A stretch of 64,000 bases of DNA, taken from contig NC_090418.1 in the NCBI RefSeq assembly GCF_036365525.1, positions 7,613,157 to 7,677,156 of the forward strand, written 5' to 3'. The DNA comes from Heterodontus francisci. Its lineage: Eukaryota. Below the pieces are notes generated by a model. That model saw only the letters and a program-made list of their open reading frames with translations, ran no database searches and was not told where the DNA came from. Position numbers and translations under genes: made by a program. Below, piece by piece: positions 35,612 to 49,200 of the stretch (the stretch's first letter is position 1; each line of letters begins with the position of its first letter).

Positions 35612-38600
35612 ATCCTTTCTATGGCTCTTCCTGCAGTCTCCGCAGAAAACGCCGATGCATCCATTAACAACCTGTAATACGCAGAAGACCAGCTCGATCA
35701 CACTGCACACGAGTAAAATGGAGAAAAGGACCACATTCCACAGGACGATATTCGGAGGGTCTTTGCAAATCGTCCACAAAGTCTCGTTCTTTAGGTAACT
35801 AGAAAAAGGAAATGCATTTCAATCAGGAATTAAAATTAAAACCTTATTCCCCATCCCTCATCTGTTTTGTCCTCCCTCCCTAACCCATTTAGCTGCCGTC
35901 TTGTTATTCTTTCATAATTACTTGTCATTAAGGCAGAGAGGGTAGCTACTCCTAATGATGCTCTCTACACCATTAGAGATTTAGGCGTGAGAGAGGAGAG
36001 AGTAACACAACCAAACGGTTTTCTAGGCCATTTCAGAGGGCAGTTAAGAGTCAACCACATTGCTGTAGGTCTGGAATCAGATCAGATAAAGGTTTCCTTC
36101 TCTAAAGGACATTCACGAACCAGATAAGTTTTCAAACGACAAGCCAATAATTTCACAATCATTACTGCAACTAGGATTTTATTCCAGATTAAAATTCAAC
36201 CAATTGAATTTAAACTCCCCAGCTGTCATTGTGGGATTTGAACTCACTTTACTGGAGTAGCAGTGCAGGATTTAGATTACTAACCGCTATGCTACCATTC
36301 CCACACGTAAGCTGGTAGAAAGTGAAGTTCCTCGGGCCGTTTTACTGAGCAGCCACTACTGCCGTAACCAGTGCTGCTGTAGCCTGACACTGCACAGACA
36401 CACTTGCAAGCAGGAAAGGAAGCCAGGGCTTGGTTTGCCCCTGGGGTTGGACGAAGGTGGTGGGGTGGTGCCTGTGGGGGAAGGGAGGTGGTGGGTTCAT
36501 GCCATCTGAGAAAACCTGACTACTGAGAGCAGCAAGCTCCTCAGAGAGTCGGGATCAAACATCTGAGTCTGTAACAATTTGATTGTACACAACCCTGGTC
36601 TGGCCCCATGTGGGGTTTCACGCATAATACCCGGGGATTAAAGGGTTAAATTACGAGACATATACTTGTTCTGGGTTCCTGAAGTTTAGAAGGTAGAAGG
36701 GTGATCTGACAGTGGTCCTTAAAACGGTAAAGCAACTCAATGGGGTTAAGAACATAAGGAATAGGAACAGGAGTAGGCCATTCGGCCCTTCGAGCCTGCT
36801 CCGCCATTCAATAAGATTGTGGCTGATCTCATCTTGGCCTCAAATCCACTTTCTCTCCTGGTCCCCATAACCCTTGACTCCCCTATATCAAAAATCTAAC
36901 TCAGCCATGAATATATTTAATCACCCAGCCTCCACTGCTCTCTGGGGAAGATTCACGACCCTCTCAGATAAGAAATTCCTCCTTATCTCTGTCTTAAATG
37001 GGCGGCTCCTTATTCTGAAACTGTGCCCCCCAGTTCTAGATTCCCCCATGTGGGGAACCATCCTCTCAGCATCTACCCTGCCAAGCCCCCTCAGCATCTA
37101 TATGTTTCAATAAGATCACCTCCCAGTTTTCGTTGTTGCAGAGAAGCTATTGTGTTGGGGAACACAAAATAATGGGGGCATAATCTGAAAACTGGAGCCA
37201 GGCCGTTTTGCACGGAAATTAGGAAGCACTCCTTCGCACAAAGAGTAGTGGAAATCTGAAACACTTTCCCCCAAAACGCAGTGGTTACTTGAACGTTTCA
37301 ACAATAAGATTGAGAGATTTATGTTAGATGAGATTATCAGGAGATAATGAAACAAATGAAGTACAGATCAGCCAAGATCTAATTGAATGGTGGTTGGAAC
37401 AGGCTGGACGGGCTGAATGGCCTCCTCCTGCTCTTATGCTCCTATTTCTTATGCTCCCGTGCCTGGTTCAGTTGCAATACTGGCTGACTGGGTTGTCGAG
37501 AGAGTCCCATTGTGGCCGTTGCAAGTGTCACTGTCAGTTTTGTCTCAGGCCATTGTCACCAGCCATTCCGACTCTTTCTTCTCATCTTATCTTTGAATTA
37601 AACGAGGCAACGTCAAAACGAAAGTCGTCGGGCAGTATTCGTGACCTACCTGCTGTCAGAGTCCCAGAAGGGATATTGCCAATCCCCAGACCCAACATCA
37701 CACAATGGGCCATTTGCCAAGCCAGTAGCTGACACAATGAGACAATACAGAGAGCCTAGACTTCCAAAGATGGAAGAGAACACAGATCTCAGCATCTGTA
37801 AGGAAAGGCAAACATTGTTAACTGCATTGGCAGCAAGAGGTTCAACCAGCAGGCAGACTAGAGTACACCAGCGACTTATAGATCACTTAACAAATGGTTC
37901 AAGAGTTTGGGATAACTTGACGGCATCCAAAACTCTGCTGCCCATGCCGTAAATTGCACTGAGTCCCGTTCACCCATCACCCCCATGCCTACTGACCTGC
38001 ATTGGCTCCCAGTTAAGCAATGCGCCCCCTCTCTCTCTCTCTCTGTAACCCTCCTCCAGCCCCACCACCCTCTGAGATCTCTATGTTCGTCTGATTCTGG
38101 CATCCTGAGCATCCCTGATTTCCATCGCTCCGCCATTGGCAGCCGTGCCTTCAGCTGCCTGGGCCTTAAGCCCTGGAATTCCCTCCCTAAACCCCTCCAC
38201 CTCTCTCTGCTCCCTTAAGATGCTCCTTAAAACCTACCTCTTTGACTAAGTTTTTGGGTCACCTGTCCTAATATCTCCCTAGGTAGCTCAGTATCATATT
38301 GTGTTTTAATAATGTTCCTGTGAAGTGCCTTGGGACATTCTATTACATTAAAAGGTGCTATACAAATGCAAATTGTTGTTGTTATAACTGGCATCATCAG
38401 AATTAGCAGAATTAGAAAAATCAAAAATGGCAAGGTTAAGAGTGGGGAAGAGCAACATCAAGACAAGATCAAGCTAAAAAGGAGTAACAAACAAAGAGGG
38501 GACAGCAACGAACTGCCAAGGGTAAAACGTCAGTGTAGATCAAGAGTAACAACATTAAAGGATTAGGAATAACAGTAGGTCAGCATTGAAAATAACAGTA

Positions 38601-41600
38601 AAGGATCCACATACCATGACTGTGAAGTCAAGTGTGGCTGCAATAACGTTTTATCTGTAATGTCATAAAATGTCCCAAGGCACTTCATAGGAGTATCAGA
38701 CAAAAAGTGATGTCAAACCAAACAGGAGAATAGGACAGGCGAGAAGGTTTTGACTGCTCCCTCGCGATTACAGCTGTGGCTCAGTGGATAACACTCCTGC
38801 CTCTGAAATACAAGATCTTGGGTTTGAGTTCCACTCTAAGATTTAGCACAAAGAAAAGTCAAATCTGGCACTCCAGTACAGTACAGAGAGAGCTGCAGTA
38901 TTGGAGGTGCTGTCTTTCAGATTAGACGTTAAATTGAGGTACAAAAGATCCCATGGCACTATTTTAAAGAGAGCGTAGGAGTTCTCCCCAGTGTACTGGG
39001 CCAATATTTATCCCTCGAGCAACATCACAAGAAAATGATCTGGCCATTATCACATTGCTGTTTGTGGGATCTTGCTGTGTGCAAATTGGCCTTGGCCACC
39101 ACGTTCCCTACGTTGCAACAGTTCATTGGCTATAAGGCGCTTTGAGACGTCCGGTGGCCTTAAAAGGCGCTATGCAAATGCAAGTGTTTTATTTTTGTTA
39201 CATGTTATCTTCAAAGCAGAGTGCCGACAAGACATTCTCCGAAGTAGTCATGTCGAAAGGCTCCTGCCATCTTACCCGGCATCTGTTCCCACAGCATCCG
39301 GCACCGCAGCATCCTTTACCCCCAGCCCGTACGGCAGAACACGCGGGACAGAGGACCTGTGGATAAAAATATTCCCAATGATCAAGCTGACAGAAGAAAG
39401 CGGAGAGATCTGAACTATATCACACAGGAACAAGCCGTTGGGTTTGATAACACTTTGAGGGTTGTTCTCAGTCAATATTTATCCCTTAACCAACGTCACT
39501 AAAACGGATGATCTGGTCATTATCACATTGTGGGACCTTGCTGTGCGCAAATTGGCTGCCGTGTTTCCTACATTATAACAGTGACTACACTTCGAAAGTA
39601 TTTCATTGGTTGTATAGCTCTTTAGGACATCCCGAGGTGGTGAAAGCCGCTAGAGAATTGCACGTTCTTCTACTACACTTGGCCCATCTTAAACCAAATA
39701 TTAACAATTACTATGATAGCTGTTCTCAGGCAAAAAAAATAAGGGTACACCCAAAATAAAAACAAAACTACCACCAGAAATTTAGACCATAAATTATAAT
39801 TTAAAAATGGGGATGATTTCCAGCCTGTCATGCCCTTATGAGGTTGAGCTGACTTACGGACAGCCTGAGATTTGCTCTCACAGTTTATGAGCCCCTCAAC
39901 TAGCTTCTAGGCTGTAACTCATGTCCATGTATCTGTTATCCCATGTAGGGACCATAAGAACCTTGGAGTACTGCGTGCAGTTCTGCGCGCCAGTATATAA
40001 AAAGGATACCGAGGCACTGGAGAGGTTGCAGAGTAGATTTACAAGGATGATACCAGAAATGCTTGGGTATACATATCAGGAAAGGATTGGACAAGCTGAG
40101 TCTCTTTTCTCTTGAAGAAAGAAGGCTGAGGGGGTGACCTAATAGAGGTCTTTAAAATTATGAAAGGTTTTGATAGAGTGAATACAGAGAGAATGTGGGG
40201 AGGAGCATAACTAGAGGACATCCATATAAGATAGTCCCAAGAAATCCAATAGGGAATTCAGGAGAAACATCTTTACACAGAGAGTGGTGAGAACGTGGAA
40301 CTCGCTACCACAGGGAGTGGTTGAAGCAAATAAAATAGATGCATTTAAGGGGAGGCTAGACCAAGCACACGAGAGAGATGGCTATTGAGATTTATGATGA
40401 TAGATTTTGATGAGGAAAGAAGGGAGGAGGCCCGAGAAGAGCATAAACGCCGGCATGGAGTCCTTACTGTGTCATATATTCTATATAATTGCATGAGTAG
40501 ATGCCAGCCTTTATTCCAACTAAATGGTAGTGTTTTATTCAATCACTTAGATGTTCAATTTTCACTCTTCCCACATTAAGTTCGAATACACTCTTTAAGA
40601 ACATAAGAAGTAGGAGCTGGAGTAGGTCATTCAGCCCTTTGAGCTTGCTCCACCATTCAATAAGATCATGGCTGATTACCTTAATTCCTCCTTCCCGCAC
40701 TATCCCCATACCCTTTAATTCCTTTCGTACCCTAAAATCTATCAATCACTGTCTTGAACATACTCAAGGACTGAGCATCCACAGCATGCTGGGGTTGAGA
40801 ATTCCAAAGATTCACATCCCTTTGAGCAAAGCGATTTCTCCTCATCTCAATTCTAACTGGCCGACCCTCTTATTCTGAGACTGTGACCCCCGCCCCACCC
40901 CTCCCCCACCTAGTTCTAGACTCCCCAGCCAGGGGAAACATCCTCTCAGCATCTATCCTGTCAAGCGCCTTAAGAATTTTAAACATTTCAACGAGGTCAC
41001 CTCTCATTCTTCGAAACTCTAGGGAGTATGAGCCTGGTCTGCTCCATCTCTCCTCATAGGACAATCCCTCTCATCCCCGACTCAGTCCAGCACCCCCTCT
41101 GAGGCGAGTGTATCCTTCCTTAGGTAAGGAGAACAAAACTGTGCATGGCACCCCTGGTGTGGACTCACCAGGGCCCAAAATAATTGCAACAAGACTTCTT
41201 GAAAAAACAGATTAATTTTACAGTTTCTGAACTGAAACACTCTTAAACTCACAATATACAGCAGTCAATGTGCACATGCTAAATCCAGGACCACAATGTT
41301 TACAATCTGGACATTCATTGATAGAAACACAGTTAGAGAATGTTCACAAAGTAAACGTTCAAAAGCCACTGACCACGAATAGAATTGGAGAATGTTGAGT
41401 CACATCATTCTAAAGTTACCCGGTACAATAAAAGGTTATTCACAGATTTAAACATTCTGGACTCACAACCCACTTGTTGGGTTAAACCCCTATTTGAAGA
41501 AGAGCAGCGGAGTTCTCCCCGGTGTACCTGGACCAATATTTACCCCTCAGCCAGCATAATGTGGGAAAGTGCTGTTGAGGGAGATGATCAGCCATGATCT

Positions 41601-44308
41601 AATTGAATGGCAGAGCAGGCTCGATGGGCTGAATGGCCTACTCCTGCTCCTATGATCCTCGATTATCTGGTTATTTATCTCATGGCTGCTTGCAGAAGCT
41701 TGCCTGCCACATTTCCCAGCAATTACACTTCAGGAGCAATTAGTTGGGTGCAAAATATTTTGGGAGGCTTGAGGTCGTGAAAGTTGCTGCAGCAATGCAA
41801 ATTCTTTTCCTTCGTTACCATCGAAACCTTCTAAATCCACAATTAGATGGGAGAACATTCGCGGACTGGGAACCCACAACATCAAATGGAGTTAAGGGGT
41901 TGTACGCATTGTAAACTTTCTGGACCCACAACACGCAACAACAGGGTGAGAGAACCTTCGCGTTAAAATCCTGTAAACCCACACCGCAACACGGTAGAGT
42001 TATGAGCTATCCCATCAATCTAGCCCAACCACAAAAGAATTCTACCCCTTTATCCCTTCACCAAATTACAGCCACTCAATTCTATTCCGTACAACAAATT
42101 TTGGGATGAGCAGAATTAATTGTAAGAACTGAATGACTTATGAACAGACTCCTTGCCTAATACTCTCTAAAGTTCAGACGCATGAGAGGTGAGCTCAGTG
42201 AAACCCGTAAGATTTTGAGAGGGTTTGATAGGGTAGATGCTGAGAGGCTGTTTCCCGCTAGTCTAGAAATAGGGGGCATAGTTTCAGGACAAAGCGTCAC
42301 CCATTTCGGACTGGGATGAGGAGAAATTTCTTTGCTCAGAGGGTTGTGAATCTTTGGAATTCTCTACCTCAGAGAGCTGTGGATGTTCAATACAGCAAAT
42401 AATTAGGAAAGCTAATAGAATGTTATCGTTTATGGCGAGGGGAATTGAATTCAAAAGTAGGGAGGTTATGCTTCAGCTATACAAGGCATTGGTGAAACCA
42501 CATTTGGATTACTGTGTACAGTATTGGTCTCCATATTTAAGGAAGGATGTAAGTGCATTGGAAGCAGTTCAGAAGTGGTTTACTAGACTAATACTTGGAA
42601 TGGGCAGGTTGTCTTATGAGGAAAGGTTGGACAGGCTAGACTTGTAACCACTGGAGTTTAGAAGAGTAAGAGGCGACTTGATTGAAACATATAAGATTCT
42701 GAGGGGTCTTGACAGGGTGGATGTGGAAAGGATGTTTCCACTTGTGAGAGAATCTAGAACTAAGGGTTAACTGTTTAAAAATAAGAGGTCCGCCCATTCG
42801 TGAATCTTTGGAACTCTCTTCCTCAAAAGGCAGTGGAAGCAAAGTCTTTGAAGGCAGAGGTAGATAGATTCTTGATAAGCAAGGGGGTGAAAGGTTATTG
42901 GGGGTAGGCGGGAATGTGGAGTTGAGGTTACAATCAGATCAGCTATGATCTTACTGAATGGCGGAGCAGGCCTGAGGGACAGAATAGCCTCCTCCCGTCC
43001 CTATTTCTTGTGTTCTTATATTCTTATATTGATGGTCCAGAATTATTCAACAAGTCCCACATCCCACAGGTCTTCAAAAGGTACTCCTCAAACCCCAAAC
43101 TGCACAGAAATGTTATTAGGGTACATGGACGATATGAGAAGAAATGAAGATTCAAGCCGTGCTTCCCTATTTTGCTCTATAGGTAACAATGGGCGATTTC
43201 TTCAAACTCATACAAATTAGGATTTGTGATGCAAAGAAGTTTGTTAATTCAGTAAAGGTCATGTCAAATGGAGTAGCTGTTGTTATATTACAGAAACCCA
43301 GTTGGCAAAGAATAGAGCAGGAACTTTAGACACTTTTATCAGTATTTATTTACTGAGAAACATCTGTTTGCTGTCCGTTCCTATTTATAGGGGCACAAGT
43401 GAATCCCCAGTTAACGCCTATCACCTGAATACAATTAAATACAATTAACAACTGTCCCACTTCCCCACAATGGACTGAACAGACAATGTCTCCACATTCA
43501 GATCCTTGGTAGGCTGCGCCCTCATCTTCTATTGGGCAAAGCTCGCAATAGCGAAATACCAAAGGCGTCAATGTAGTCTTGCCGATCCCGCTAAAGGAAA
43601 GGGAAGCGATTTCATCGTCCTTAACATTTTGAAGAAAAGCTCCTCCAATCGTCAAGTGTGTGAAGCCGCACAGAGAGAAGGCTTCAGGTTTGAGGCCTGG
43701 TCTGTGTTGAGTTAGTTGACCTCAGCCCAGAGAAAAGTTGGTGATGGAGTCATAGAGTCAGAGAGTTATACAGCACAGGAACAGGTCCTTTGGCCCATCA
43801 TGCCACAACTATCCACATTATTCTTGGTTAGGAGGGAGGGCCACACAAACACACACACACACATACACCCAAGACAAAACCTTCCTGCTCCTGATCATGA
43901 CTCAATGACACCCATTGGAGCAAGGGGCTGGGACAGATTTACCTTTGACGTCCTCCACAGCCGAATTGCTCGCCGATTCTCACCCTACAAGAATGGCCAC
44001 TCGGGGGTCCTGGAGGACAATCAATACCTGCAAAGCCACAGCCCACACCTTCAGTAAATGGGAGTGTGAGCAGGAGGACTGGGGTCGGGGCAAGGGAGAC
44101 AATGAGGAAATGAATAGAAGGGAGAAAATACACTTACAAAAAGTCCTCCCCCGAGTATTCCTCCCATCAGCCAGACTTGCAAAGTGATATGATCGGTCCA
44201 TTCTCTCTCTGCGTTGGGGAAGATAAGGAGAAGGTTGGCCACAATACATATAAATGCCAGTGGTAACAGGAGCAGGCCAATGCATCGGGCGCACTTCCCA
44301 GTGCACAT
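35612..44308 (-). CDS. TM4SF5: Transmembrane 4 L6 family member 5. Exons 44308-44138, 39356-39276, 37795-37650, 35798-35612; short terminal exon or stop not located
   Basis: [11 protein letters not shown]...[53 protein letters not shown]...NGPLC..WQYPF..[29 protein letters not shown]...[16 protein letters not shown]. The [28 protein letters not shown] segment matches TM4SF5; phases are consistent. Confidence 0.93.
37910..38380 (+). mobile_element. L2 LINE 3' end
   Basis: [23 protein letters not shown] with tail GGTGCTATACAAATGCAA(TTG)n. Confidence 0.8.
38772..39190 (+). mobile_element. tRNA-derived SINE with an L2-like tail (SacSINE1/Deu-SINE-like); related copy at about 49750-50170 (-)
   Basis: TGGCTCAGTGG A box, GGTTTGAGTTCC B-box-like motif, ATCACATTGCTGTTTGTGGGA core, GGCGCTATGCAAATGCAAGT tail. 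Confidence 0.65.
39950..41200. mobile_element. Two CR1 3' fragments tail-to-tail (39950-40500 plus; 40600-41200 minus)
   Basis: LEYCVQF..RFTRMIP and [18 protein letters not shown] translations. Confidence 0.78.
42130..43020 (+). mobile_element. Composite CR1 LINE fragments
   Basis: [31 protein letters not shown]; 3' UTR matches 24560-24720. Confidence 0.8.
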
Positions 44309-44379
44309 CGTCCTTCTGTATGCTCTGAGCAAGACCTCCACCAGAACTAGAAAGTAGCGTGCCTTCCTTGGTATCTGAA

Positions 44380-44510
44380 TGGACTCTGACCAGCTTTCGG
44401 GGACTGGTACTGCTTGGTTCTGTGTTGTCATCAGTATTTGCTCTCTGATAAAGGAGCCCAATTACCTCAGCATACAATCAATATGAGATAGCAACTAAAG
44501 TGATAACTAT
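44380..44510 (-). promoter_or_regulatory. Putative TM4SF5 proximal promoter with an HNF4-like DR1 and GATA motifs
   Basis: Minus-strand TGGTCAGAGTCCA at 44380-44392 (near the HNF4 consensus ending CAAAGTCCA); TGATAA at about 44446 and 44501. Confidence 0.35.
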
Positions 44511-44589
44511 TGAGCAGTGATGGAAAGGAAAACTGATTTCCAGCTGAATAATTGCGTGTGTTCAACCCAGTGGGGCAAAAAGTCTCAAT

Positions 44590-45240
44590 GTGGGAGAGGA
44601 GCGAAGAGTTCTAGGGGTACGGATACAGAAATCACCAAAAGTAGTGATGCAGGTTAATAGGAATTTAAAAAAAAAGTAAAGCATTGGGGGGTCAGTTCCA
44701 GAGGGTTTGTATTAAAAAGCAGAGAAATTATGTTCAACTTGTACAGAACCTTGGTTAGACTACACTTGGAGTACTTTTTACTGTTCAGGGCTCCATATTA
44801 TAAAAAGGATAGAGCATCACTGGAAAAGGTGCAAAACATATTGACACAGATGATACCAAAACTTATAACTGTCAGGAAAGAATGAACAGGCCTAGGGCTC
44901 TCCTTGCTGGCAAAGAGAAGCTGAGGGGTGACCTCATCGAGGTCTTTAAGATTATGAACGGGTTGAATAGGGGTAGACATAGAGATGTTTCCACTCGTGG
45001 GGGAGTTGAAAACTAGGGACCATAAATGTAAGATAGTCACTAACAAATCCAATTGGGAATTCAGGAGAAACTTCTTTACCCAGAGAGTGATGAGAATGTG
45101 TAAATCGCGACCTCATGGAACACTTGAGGAGAATGGCATAGATGCATTTAAGGGGAAGCTAGATAAACAACAAATGGAGAAAGGAATAGAAGGAAATGCT
45201 GATAGAGCTGGATGAAGTAGGGTGGGAGGAGGTGACTGAT
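44590..45240 (+). mobile_element. CR1 LINE fragment between TM4SF5 and PELP1
   Basis: MFPLVGELKTRDH..FRRNFFTQRV. Confidence 0.75.
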
Positions 45241-46139
45241 ATGGAGAAAGTGAATGTTTAAGGTGGTGGATGGGGTGCCGATCAAGTGGACTGCTTCTTC
45301 CTGTGTTGAGCTTCTTGAGTGTAATTGGAGGCAAGTGCTGAGTATTCCCTCACACTCCTGACTTGTGCCTTGTAGACAGAGGCCAGGCACTGGGGAGTCA
45401 GGAGGTGAGTTATTTGCAACAGGAATATCAGCCTTTGACCTGCTTTTGCAGTATTTATATGGCTGGTCAAGTTAAATTCTGGTCAGTGGTAACTCCCTGT
45501 TGATGGTGGGGGATTCAGTGATGGTAATGCTGTTGAATGTCAAGTGGAGGTGGTTAAACAGTTTCTTATTGGAGATGGTCATTGCCTGGCACTTCTGCAA
45601 TGCGAATGTTTCTTGCCACTTATCAGCCCAAGGCTGAGTGTTGCCAGGTCTTGCTGCATCTAGACACGAGCTGCTTCAGTATGTGAAGAGTTGCGAATGG
45701 TACTGAACGGCAAGCAATCATCAGAGAACATCCCCACTTCTGACCTTATGATTGAAGGAAGGTCATTGATGAAGCAGCTGAAGATGGTTGGGCCTAGGAC
45801 ACTACCCTGAGGAACTCCTGCAGTGATGCCCTGGGGCTCAGATGATTGACCTCCAACAACCACAACCATCTTCCTTTGTGCTCGGCATGATTCTAACCAG
45901 TGGAAAGTTTTCTGCTTGATTCCCACAAACATTTGAACTGTAGTCACTGTTGTAATGAAGGAAATGAGGCAGTCAATTTGCACACAGCAAGCTCCCACAG
46001 ACAGCAATGTGATAATAAACAAATTTCGCAATGTTGAATTAATATAATGTTAATTTAATTAATTCTTTAATAAATTTGTTTTTGGTTTAACTATGGAGAT
46101 TCGTGTTTAAACATGGGGAACTGATGTGAAATTTAGCTG

Positions 46140-46260
46140 CCACAGTCAGGCTTCATTGGCTACGAATAAAGAGGTAGGCCGCACGGTTGTCAGGGTGATG
46201 CCGGTCGCGCAGTTGATGATGCAGTCGCGGGTTGATGACGTGCGGAGGAGGATGGCGGCT
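46140..46260 (+). promoter_or_regulatory. PELP1 CpG-rich promoter
   Basis: ATTGG (reverse CCAAT) at about 46155, TGACGT CRE/ATF-like motif at about 46236, YY1-like GATGGCGGC overlapping the ATG, high CpG density. Confidence 0.45.
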
Positions 46261-49200
46261 TCGGCGCACGGCGGTGGCCGTTTGCTGCTGGACAGCGTCT
46301 GCCTCCTGCTGCGGTCCGGGGATGGAGAGCAGGGCAGCGGCGCCGAGCCCGGCCTGGTCCAGCAGCACCTGGCCGATATGGTCAAGCAGCTCAGGGGCCA
46401 GCGGCTGCTGCAGGCCGAGGTAACCGAGGAGAGGAGGGATGGCCTCGGGGCTGGAGCCGCCAAACAGCGCCTGAAGCTTCTTCTCTCTCCCCTCCCCCTC
46501 CCTCCACCCCCTCCCCCCCCTCCCTCCACCCCCTCCCCCTCCCCCCCCTCCCCACCCTCTCCCCCTCCCCCCCCCCTCCCCTCCCCCTCCCTCCACCCCC
46601 TCCCNNNNNNNNNNNNNNNNNNNNNNNNNNNNNNNNNNNNNNNNNNNNNNNNNNNNNNNNNNNNNNNNNNNNNNNNNNNNNNNNNNNNNNNNNNNNNNNN
46701 NNNNNNNNNNNNNNNNNNNNNNNNNNNNNNNNNNNNNNNNNNNNNNNNNNNNNNNNNNNNNNNNNNNNNNNNNNNNNNNNNNNNNNNCACCCCCTCTCCC
46801 CCCACCCCCTCTCCCCCCACCCCCTCTCCCCCCACCCCCTCTCCCCCCACCCCCTCCCCCCCTCCCCCCCTCCCCCCTCCCCCCCTCCCCCCCTCCCGAC
46901 ACTTCTCCCCCCCCCGACTCTTCTCTCCCCCCCCTCGACTCTTCTCTCCCCCCCCTCGACTCTTCTCTCCCCCCACCTCGGCTCTTCTCTCCCCCCACCT
47001 CGGCTCTTCTCTCCCCCCACCTCGGCTCTTCTCTCCCCCCACCTCGGCTCTTCTCTCCCCCCACCTCGGCTCTTCTCTCCCCCCACCTCGGCTCTTCTCT
47101 CCCCCCACCTCGGCTCTTCTCTCCCCCCACCTCGGCTCTTCTCTCCCCCCACCTCGGCTCTTCTCTCCCCCCACCTCGGCTCTTCTCTCCCCCCACCTCG
47201 GCTCTTCTCTCCCCCCACCTCGGCTCTTCTCTCCCCCCACCTCGGCTCTTCTCTCCCCCCACCTCGGCTCTTCTCTCCCCCCACCTCGGCTCTTCTCTCC
47301 CCCCTTGATTTCTGTACTAATCCCCAAAGCATGCTGATATAAAGAGTCCTTCCCAGATAACACATGAGCACAGAAATTGCTTGTTGAGAAGTTCTGGGGG
47401 CGAATCTAAAGTGTCGTCTCACTGGGCCAGTCAGGCTGCACTGTTCACGGTGAACCCTCGGTGATTCTGTTGCATTAACTTTTTCTTTTAGAATTTGTCA
47501 GATCTTGGAACCTTGATTGGTATCAGCACCTCCAGCCTCCGTTCTGCCAAAACCAGGTGAGGGCCACGGCCAGTTGTGCCTTTGTGTGTCCATGTATCCA
47601 GTTTCATGCTCAGCCACGCTGATGTCCTTGTATGTGCGGCATTTCCCCACAGATTTGAAGGAGTTTGCCTGCTGGCTCTGCTGGTAGCTGACAGTCCCAC
47701 AGATGTCTTCCAGGATCAGTGCATCTCCTGGCTGCGGGCAGTGCAGCACATTATCCAGGTAAGCAAAGGATTTGTGGCTGCCTCTCTGTAGACTTCTCTT
47801 CGTCCCTGCCCTCGGAGAGGAGGGAGGATGGTCAGTAACTGGACTGTCACTCAGCTCTCTGTCTCTCTCTCTCTGTCTCTGCATTGTTAACAGTCCCAGG
47901 ACCCTCAGACTACGATGGAGGTGGCCATTTGGGTGCTCCGCGACCTGCTGAAGTACTCGTCCCAGCTTCCCGAGCTAGCCCGGGAGGTGGCCATGAACCA
48001 CATACCCACCATTGTGACCTCTCTACTGGGGCTGAAACCTGAGGTGAGCCCCTGATGCAACAAAAGAGCAGCTCCCATATTCCGCATAAAAGACCTTCTA
48101 CAGAAAGGAATCCCCGAAAGGTGGCTGGTACAGTATGTTTGAGACTCGGGGCATTTGGACAGAGCTGAAGTCCCGTCCCGTTCTCCCATCAGTTGCAGTG
48201 CTCAGTGAGGGAGAAGGCATCTGAATTTCGGCACCATTTTAAAGGGGTGGCGATGTGGGTGCGGTCACCTAAGTTGCTGTGTCTCTGTAGAGTGGCACAC
48301 TTTTTCCAGTTATCGAGGGCTTTGGTTGGGCAAACGGGAAAAGACTGGTTTCTTTTTAAGGAGTCGGTGATGATGGCTATCGGTTTTAACATCCGCTCAA
48401 AGTAAATAACTTCCTGTATGCAGAGGGACGTTTGAGCAGTTCAGATACAGAACCCTGGCGTTTTTTGAAAAGTCGAACAATGTGCGAAGTGGGAGAAATT
48501 ACAGCAGTGAGCAGGACAGTGGGATTAATTCAGGATTGATACAGGGGTTATGGGGAGAGAGTGGGATTAGTTTCGGATTGATGCAGGGATATGGGGAGAG
48601 CACAGGGCAGTGGTATTCGTTAATCCATCCTGATAATTACAGCCTCTCAATTCTGGCAACTTTTCAAAAAAATCTTGTCTGCACTTTCTCCAGTACGTTA
48701 ATAGTCCTTGGCTTCCCCTTCCCTGCCACGATGGATCACTGCCAGTTTTCCCCAGGATATTGTCAGTTTTATTGTTTTTAAAAAAAGAATTGTTTCTGGG
48801 GCTGATATCCTGATGTCCGCAGCATGACTTGAACCTTCTGTAAGTGTAAGTATTATGATTGTGTCCAATGCTCTGCCCTTTCTTTCAGTGTCATGTAGCA
48901 GCAATGGATGGAATGAAGGCCTGTATGACTTTCTACCCCCGTGCCTGTGGATCTCTGCGGGTAAGGAGTCTTCCGCTGCGTCCCGTGGGTCACTGCCTTA
49001 AAGGCAGCAGACAGCTTGCTTTGTTTAAAATTGAGCATCGGCCCCCATTCAATTTTGCGAGCTGGTTTCGCAAATTACGTTGATATCGCAGGCCGGCCTT
49101 GTACCGTTGTTTGAATTTTAAACGTGCAATAGGGTGTGAGCTTTTGGTGTTTTACTCCAATTGAACGTCCCAGTACGATGCTGCAACTTTCCCTTCAGAA

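Noticed and set aside
43340-43660. ORF with SGIGKTT (P-loop-like)
   Set aside because: Short, does not fit GxxxxGKT, and has no splice or downstream NTPase support. Its end overlaps a dispersed repeat also seen at about 30985-31115.
46126-47422. Pro-rich 403-aa ORF as the PELP1 proline-rich domain, and antisense Gly/Arg/Glu ORFs
   Set aside because: Beyond the donor at 46420 this is intron-1 low-complexity sequence spanning an N gap; the real Pro-rich region is C-terminal.
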